Shown here: piece after piece, positions 62,515 to 64,000 of the stretch
Position numbering within the stretch: position 1 is the stretch's first letter
Layout of the letters: the number at the start of each line of letters is the position of its first letter
Origin: Callorhinchus milii
Taxonomy: Eukaryota
Length of the DNA stretch: 64,000 nucleotides
Direction of reading: 5' to 3'
Assembly (NCBI RefSeq): GCF_018977255.1
Contig: NW_024704742.1
Span: 61,134,001-61,198,000, forward strand
The notes under the pieces: generated by a model
Told to the model about the DNA's origin: nothing
Databases searched by the model: none
The model's input: only the letters and a program-made list of their open reading frames with translations
Made by a program: the position numbers and the translations under genes

Positions 62515-63699
62515 GAAGATTACAAGAAGATTACATTTGTATAGCGCCTTTCACGTCAGGAGGATGTCCCAAGGTGCTGGACAGTGTACAGCATTTCACT
62601 TGGTATGTAGGGTGTGTCCTCAGGGGTGAGTGTGTGTGTTCCATTCTAGCTGCAGGAACATTTCCATGTATGGCATATATAGGTGGCATACATATATATA
62701 TATGTGGGATCCTGTTGGTTTGGATACTCTTAATTACTGTGATGAGTTTGTGCACTGTCAATTCCATGCATGTGTGCTTTGGACACCTCATTGACAAAAA
62801 AACCCTGAGCAATTAGAACTTATTCCCGAGAGAGTTTACAGAGAAGAACCTGGGATTTTAGGATGACACCAATATCTGGTTGGGGTTTCTTTTGGATGTG
62901 CTGCTTAATGAGCTGGGGGTGGATACAATGTTGGCTTCAAATGTGGCTGTATTAATCTGTACCCTATGCCATTTCTGAGACGTGACTTGTAAGATCCTGT
63001 TTTCACTAACATCAAGATTTTGCGTTTAATCTTTAGGTTGTGAAAGTGAGTCCCTAAGTGATTTTGACAGATCCCTACTTGCGTTGTGCAGCTCTGGAGC
63101 TCGTTATTTTTATAAGTACTCTTGAGATGTATAAAAACGTGCCGATTGTGGAGGAATGCAGTTTTACGTGAAATTGACTTGATTCCTAATCTGCAAACAA
63201 TAAGCTGCATTGAGAAATCTTTGGACTTGCATTTTGTTTTGTTTTTAAAAAAAGCACCTACATTATTTCTTGAGACTCCAATAAGCAGCAGTGGTTGCTG
63301 TGGTAACCCTGTTGCATTGTTTAAAATTTGCCCAGTAACTGTGGATAATGTGTCGGGAATATTAATAGAAATGCATACCACCATGTGCTATTTACTGTTT
63401 CTAAAGAAGAGGTCTCCTGATGCTGACATCATCAGAGCCATTGTCACTGCTTCACAGAGAGATTACTGGTACTAATTTCAAGTGAACATCTTCCCACTTC
63501 TACACAGTTATAGTGACTCCTACAAATGCAAAATATAGAAGATGATGACTAATGAGATAAAGACCCATACTTTCCTTCTGAGCGGTAATTGCTGTGGCTT
63601 CACTGTGCCATAAACAACTGACGATATCAAGCTACTTAAATTCCATATTTCAATTTAATGTGCATTTAATTGTAACAGGGTGGCAGTGGTTAAGTTAAG

Positions 63700-63775
63700 T
63701 TTCGCCCACAAAATATAGTCAGTTCACTTTACAGTATATTCTGAGAAATGCTTTGAGATATCTCAATGACGTGGT
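63700..63775 (+). mobile_element. SINE tail fragment
   Basis: TTTCGCCCACAAAATATAGTCAGTTCACTTTACAGTATATTCTG. Confidence 0.65.
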
Positions 63776-64000
63776 ATTTATGAATGTTGCTGCAATATGT
63801 GAAAATGTGTCAGAAGAACAGGACTGTGCTCCTATTGAAATAGTCCAGTCAAACTTCAGCTTCACGATATTTAGTATTAGCTACTTCTACAAGTTGGTTC
63901 TGCCACATGACTACTAATCCATTCTGAACCAGGTGGAGGAAAAAGAGAAGGCAAGACAACACAGAAGAAAGAAAGCATCCAATTGGCCTGGCCTTCTATT

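Larger units (their letters stand above)
3776..64000 (+). other. GPM6A: Intron following the first coding exon of GPM6A (continues past the window end)
   Basis: Donor AAG|GTATTG at 3775/3776. No downstream sequence encoding CFECCIKCLGGIPYASL...FCGCGHEAL was found by eye. Content is repeats and non-coding DNA. Confidence 0.75.

Overview
Vertebrate genomic DNA, most likely from a cartilaginous fish and probably a chimaera, judged from the repeat families: CR1 and L2 LINEs, Deu-domain SINEs and a tRNA-Ala-headed SINE with an (ATT)n tail. The only host coding sequence I can support is a 37-bp exon at 3739-3775 (+) encoding MEENMEEGQTQK(G), the N-terminus of neuronal membrane glycoprotein GPM6A, followed by a GT donor. 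It is too short for the ORF track. I could not find exon 2, so the remaining ~60 kb appears to be intron 1. The ORF-track entries I could interpret are decayed LINE fragments, SINE read-throughs or apparent noise. Highlights: (i) a four-level retroelement nest at 46.46-53.26 kb with candidate target-site duplications (TSDs) at each level; (ii) an apparently full-length single-ORF L2 whose 5' end carries GC-box, TATA and CRE motifs; (iii) a ~2.2-kb non-CR1/non-L2 LINE (RTE/RTEX-group-like, with a C-terminal CCHC knuckle) at 25.66-27.85 kb, a possible horizontal-transfer candidate; (iv) a covarying 3' stem-loop shared by SINEs and two L2 families, with stepwise SINE evolution visible among local copies; (v) a tandem CTCF-like motif pair at 58.1 kb. 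All identifications were made by eye and from memory of the families. No database search was run, and boundaries of decayed repeats are approximate.
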